A DNA stretch of 64,000 bases from Paragordius varius (Eukaryota > Animalia > Nematomorpha). The translations under genes were made by a program, and so were the position numbers. Shown here one piece after another: positions 59,522 to 64,000 of this stretch. The stretch spans positions 3,224,001-3,288,000 of the forward strand of contig OZ176058.1 of NCBI GenBank assembly GCA_964247055.1, read 5' to 3'. The notes under the pieces are model-generated. The model ran no database searches. It was not told where the DNA came from and saw only the letters and a program-made list of their open reading frames with translations. Position 1 is the first letter of the stretch. Each line of letters begins with the position of its first letter.

Positions 59522-59899
59522 ACCATTTACAGTTTAAATTTACCGTAACAATTCAAATTTCCCCTCGAACAATTCAAATTCACCCTTGAACAATTCAAAT
59601 TTACCCTCAAACTATTCAAATTCACCCTTGAACAATTCAAATTTACCCTCAAACAATTCAAATTCACCCTTGAACAATTCAAATTCACCCTAAAACAATT
59701 ATGTGTTTTCGAACTAATATAACTATCAATAATATGAAACATACCTTAATATTATCTTTCAGCAATATTTTAATTTTAAACAAAATTTTATTTAATCGAT
59801 CTTAAAAAACACTTGATTATTAGGGTCAATTTGAATTGTTTGAGGGTGAATTTGAATTGTTCGAGGGTGAATTTGAATTGTTTGAGGGTGAATTTGAAC
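59522..59899. mobile_element. Family-B MITE with an expanded 21-bp array
   Basis: About 6 tandem 21-mers in the left arm and about 3 in the right arm. Confidence 0.8.
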
Positions 59900-60993
59900 A
59901 AATAGTAAATATGATGCATTTTAAATAATATAAAGCCATACTTGGCAGCTAACTTAAAGTAGTGTTTGACTAAATTTTTTGCCTTTGCATCGGAAAAATC
60001 TTAAACTGTGATTCAATCCATACCACATAGTATCAGGAATCTACAAAAATTAGTTGAATTATATGCCGCCATTTTTCAAAGAATAGTCCCCTAACCTTGC
60101 TGCTTTTTTATACTTAAGATATTTAAATTCACTAACGCTTTTCGACGAAATTGCTTTAAAAATTTGAGTAAAAATTGATTTGATACAAAACAAATATTTT
60201 TAAAAAGACAACTAAACCATGATTTTTTTATATAAGCCATCGCATGTCACCTATGAGATAAAGAGATGCATGTTCTTAAAGCCACTATTTTATTAGACTT
60301 CCTTTTTTCAAAAAAACCCTATTTTTGCAAGGGAATTTAACCGAGGTGCCTGCTAATTCAAAAAAAAGGCCTCGTTAATTGGTTTTCAAATAAACATAAA
60401 TTTTTTCCACACAGGGATTTGAATGAGCATTTTAATTTTCTTATATTATTTTTTTATATATGTATATGGAAGAATATTGATGCACAAAATCTAGCTCAAG
60501 GGGGTCCTAGCCCTCCGAGTGAAACTCGTGAAATATTTGGACATTCTATTTTTAAAAAAATGTTTCTCGCAAAATTTACAGTAAAAACTGAAATTATACG
60601 GACAAAACGTAAATATTTTTTTTTTCAAAAGACAACCATAAACCTTAAAACTATATAACTCATTGTGCTACCAATTTACATTTCTATTTTATAATTGCAG
60701 TTTAAAAAAATTTGTTATATTAAAAAAAATGAAGATTTAAAAAATATGGTTGTCTTTTAGAAAAAATATTTGCCTTTTTTAAGTGGTAACACTTGAATCA
60801 TATATATTTCAAAATTTTCATAAAGCTATATTTAAAAATCAAGGTTCAAATAAGTATGGTTGTCTTTTAGAAAAAATATTTGTTTTTAATTTTGTCCGTA
60901 TGTTGATGGTCAATAAAAAAGAAAATTTATATAAAAGATTTAACATAGTTTTTAAATTTTCCACATATACTACATAACAATTATGAAATATAT

Positions 60994-62250
60994 ACAGTAG
61001 ACATTGAAATTATACTACGGATAAAACATAAAAATATAATTAAAACAACCCATCATTTTTAAATTTTGATTAAATAAAACTCATTGTATAAAAATGCAAA
61101 TTATGGAATAGAGATAGATGTATGTCAGTAACACAATCAATTATATGTTTAAGGTTTATAATTAAATAGTTTATATAGAAAAAATTAAATTTTAAAAATG
61201 GTTGCTTTAAAAAAAAATAATTGTCTTTATATTTTTACGTGTTGTCCGTATAATTCCAATTTTTACCGTAATTGATTCTATTATTAATTATATATAAGTA
61301 AAAACTGAAATTATACGGACAAAACGTGAAAATATAAAGATAAATCTTTTTTTCTAAAAGAACAACCTCATATTATTTAATTCTTGATTAATTTAAATAA
61401 AACTTGTTTTAAATTGCAAATTATAGAATAGAGATTTTTATTGGTAACACAATCTATTATATATATAAGGATTTTAATTAAATAGTTTATATCGAAAAAA
61501 CTAACTACGGTAAAGATTGGAATTATACGGACAAAACGTAAAAATATAAAGACAATTATTTTTTTTTCAAAGCAATCATACTTTTTTCTATTATTAATTA
61601 TATATAAGTAAAAACTGAAATTATACGGACGAAACGTGAAAATATAAAGAAAAATTTTTTTTTAAAAGAACAACCTCATAATTTTTAAATCTTGATTAAT
61701 TTAAATAAACTTATTGTTTGAAATTGCAAATTATGGAATAGATATTTTTATTGGTAACACAATCAATTATATACATAAGGATTTTAATTAAATAGTTTGC
61801 ACAAAAAAATTGTTTAAAAGTATGGTTGCTTTTGAAAAAATTATCTTTATATTTTTGCGTTTTTTCCGTATAATTTCAGTTTTTACTGTAATTGATTCTA
61901 TTATTTATATATAAGTAAAACTGAAATTATACGGACGAAACGTGAAAATTTAAAGAATAATCTTTTTTTTTAAAAGAACAACCTCATAATTTTTAAATCT
62001 TGATTAATTTAAAAAACTTTTTGTTTGATATTGCAAATTATGAAATAGAGATGTATATCAGTAACACAATCAATTATATTTTTAAGGCTTTTAATTTAGT
62101 TTATATAGAAAAAATTAAGTTTTAGTAAAAAGTATGGTTGCTCTTGAAAAATAATAATTAATGTCTTTATATTTTTACGTTTTGTCCGGATAATTTAATT
62201 TTTATTGTCTTTATATTTTTTACATGTTTTGTCCGTATAATATCAATTTC
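60994..62250. repeat. Tandem array of family-A MITE units joined by a repeated linker
   Basis: Linker (attgat)tctattattaattatatataagtaaaaactg recurs at about 61270, 61586 and 61890 between full or partial units. Confidence 0.8.
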
Positions 62251-64000
62251 TTTAATTAAATCTATTTTATTTATTCTTAATTAGCGACTCAAAGCGAAAG
62301 GATGATTATATTTAAAAATAATGTTAAAATAATTATTTTGTCTTTTTAAAAAAATTATTTTATTTTTATATTTTTTTGCCTTGTGTAATTTCAAATTTTT
62401 ACTCTAAATTTAATTTTCGGTAAACAATAATAAAAATGGAAGGCAAAATTTCAGATTAAAATTAATTAAATATATTATATTTTTGTGTGTACTTAAGTTG
62501 CCATTAGATATATATATATATATATATTATTATGATTCATTTTTAATTTTAAATTTTATTATTAAATATATTTATATATAATCTATCATTTCATTATATA
62601 CACTAGCGTATGAGTATAAAAAATAGATTGCCCGAAATCAAAAAGCGTATAAAATATAGGAATAAAACGGTTTATTTTAACTATATGGTTGTTTTTAACC
62701 ATACGCTAGCGTAAAACGAATAAAAATATATACAAAAAGCAATTATTGATTTATCATAATGAGTTGCCAAAAATTTATATAGGATGTCACTTTGTCTTTC
62801 TATTCGCTTATAAAATTAATAAAAATAAATATAAAAATTATTTTTCATTGCGTTTTTTTCACCTTTAAATTTGACTCTTTTTGCCCACATTTGAAACAAA
62901 ATTGCGGTTTTATTCGGTGGTAGAATGTAAGTTTTTTGAAATTAAAATATTAATAATTATTAATCATTTTGTCTAATGGTCCAATTTTTTTTAAATAATA
63001 ATTAAAATAATTCTGTAAATAATATGTTTTGGGGGTATATATGTGAATAAAATAAAATTTTAATCTTAATATGTCAAGTTAATTCATACTCTATTTTTTT
63101 AAATTTAACCATCTCTTAGTTTTTAAAATAATTTTGAGTATAATTAATCATGATAAACCAATTTTTTTGGACCTAATACAATTTTGATTTTAGGCATTTA
63201 ATAAGATTAAAAGAGTAAATATAGTATTGATTTTTATTTTATATGCATACCTATATTTATATGATTTATTACCCTACTTTTTTAGTGGTTATAAAAATTT
63301 GAACTAGAGCCAAAAAAATATTTGTTAGATTTATTTATATTATTCATTTCGGCATTACCCAGGTAACATTTAAATATAGATAAAATTGATTCTTAAAATA
63401 AATTAAAACGATACAGACATATAAAAATTACAATACAAATATTTTTTTTGCATAAAGAAAACCAACCTTATCTTTAAAATCTTTTTACACAATATACAGT
63501 AAACATGGACAAAATGTAAAAATAAAAAAGAAATTTTTTCTTTAAAAGCCAACCATACTTTTTCAAATCTTAATTCCTATTTAAAACTTTTAATAATAAT
63601 TATAAATTATGTATTAGATTATATTACTAACTCTATTAATAATTTGCTCACTTTATGACAATCAGTTATATTTAAAATCAAGGTTTAAAAAGTATGTTAT
63701 ATTAAAAAAATATGTGTCTTATAATTTCAATTTTTACTGATCTATCTTATAAATTGGCAAATTAAGAAATAGATATGTAATAAGTTATCTAATTATATAA
63801 ATCTCAAAATCGAAGTTGTTTTAAAAAAATATTTTTATTTAATAATTTTTACCTTTGTCCGTATTATTTATACACTGTTCCCCAAATAAAATACAGTTTT
63901 ACAGTAAAAATAAAAAATTCAAATGTTAAATTAATGAAATCAACAACTTATAGCCATCCCATATTTTAAATAATTTTATATGTTTAAACAAATCAAAAAG

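Noticed and set aside
60065-60075. YY1/Pho-like GCCGCCATTTT motif (also reverse at 14156-14166)
   Set aside because: One copy lies inside a repeat element and there is no linked TSS evidence.

Overview
AT-rich eukaryotic (invertebrate animal) genomic DNA; by eye roughly 20% GC. No prokaryotic features, rRNA, tRNA or CRISPR were seen. Genes reconstructed by hand: (1) a complete 11-exon G-protein alpha-s gene (+, 23973-41253, 377 aa); (2) a 4-exon Tyr/Gln/Gly/Pro-rich single-pass membrane protein with a Cys cluster (-, 48467-52719, 179 aa) that the ORF track misses; (3) a probable orphan multi-exon gene (+, exons near 1688-2605 and 8244-8417). Mobile DNA includes a 3.3-kb hAT element with a perfect 8-bp TSD and an internal inverted transposase copy, two non-autonomous Helitrons nested in MITEs, a 5'-truncated but open RTE-clade LINE, older RTE relics and at least six MITE/foldback families. 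The most unusual signal is in the G-alpha-s introns. They carry roughly 40 tandem, degenerate 'echo' copies of the gene's own exon-intron junctions (exons 1, 4, 5, 8, 9). Where alignable, the echo consensus differs from the working exon only at synonymous codon positions (19 synonymous, 0 non-synonymous by hand count), far more than the echoes differ from each other. A weaker junction echo occurs in the membrane-protein gene.
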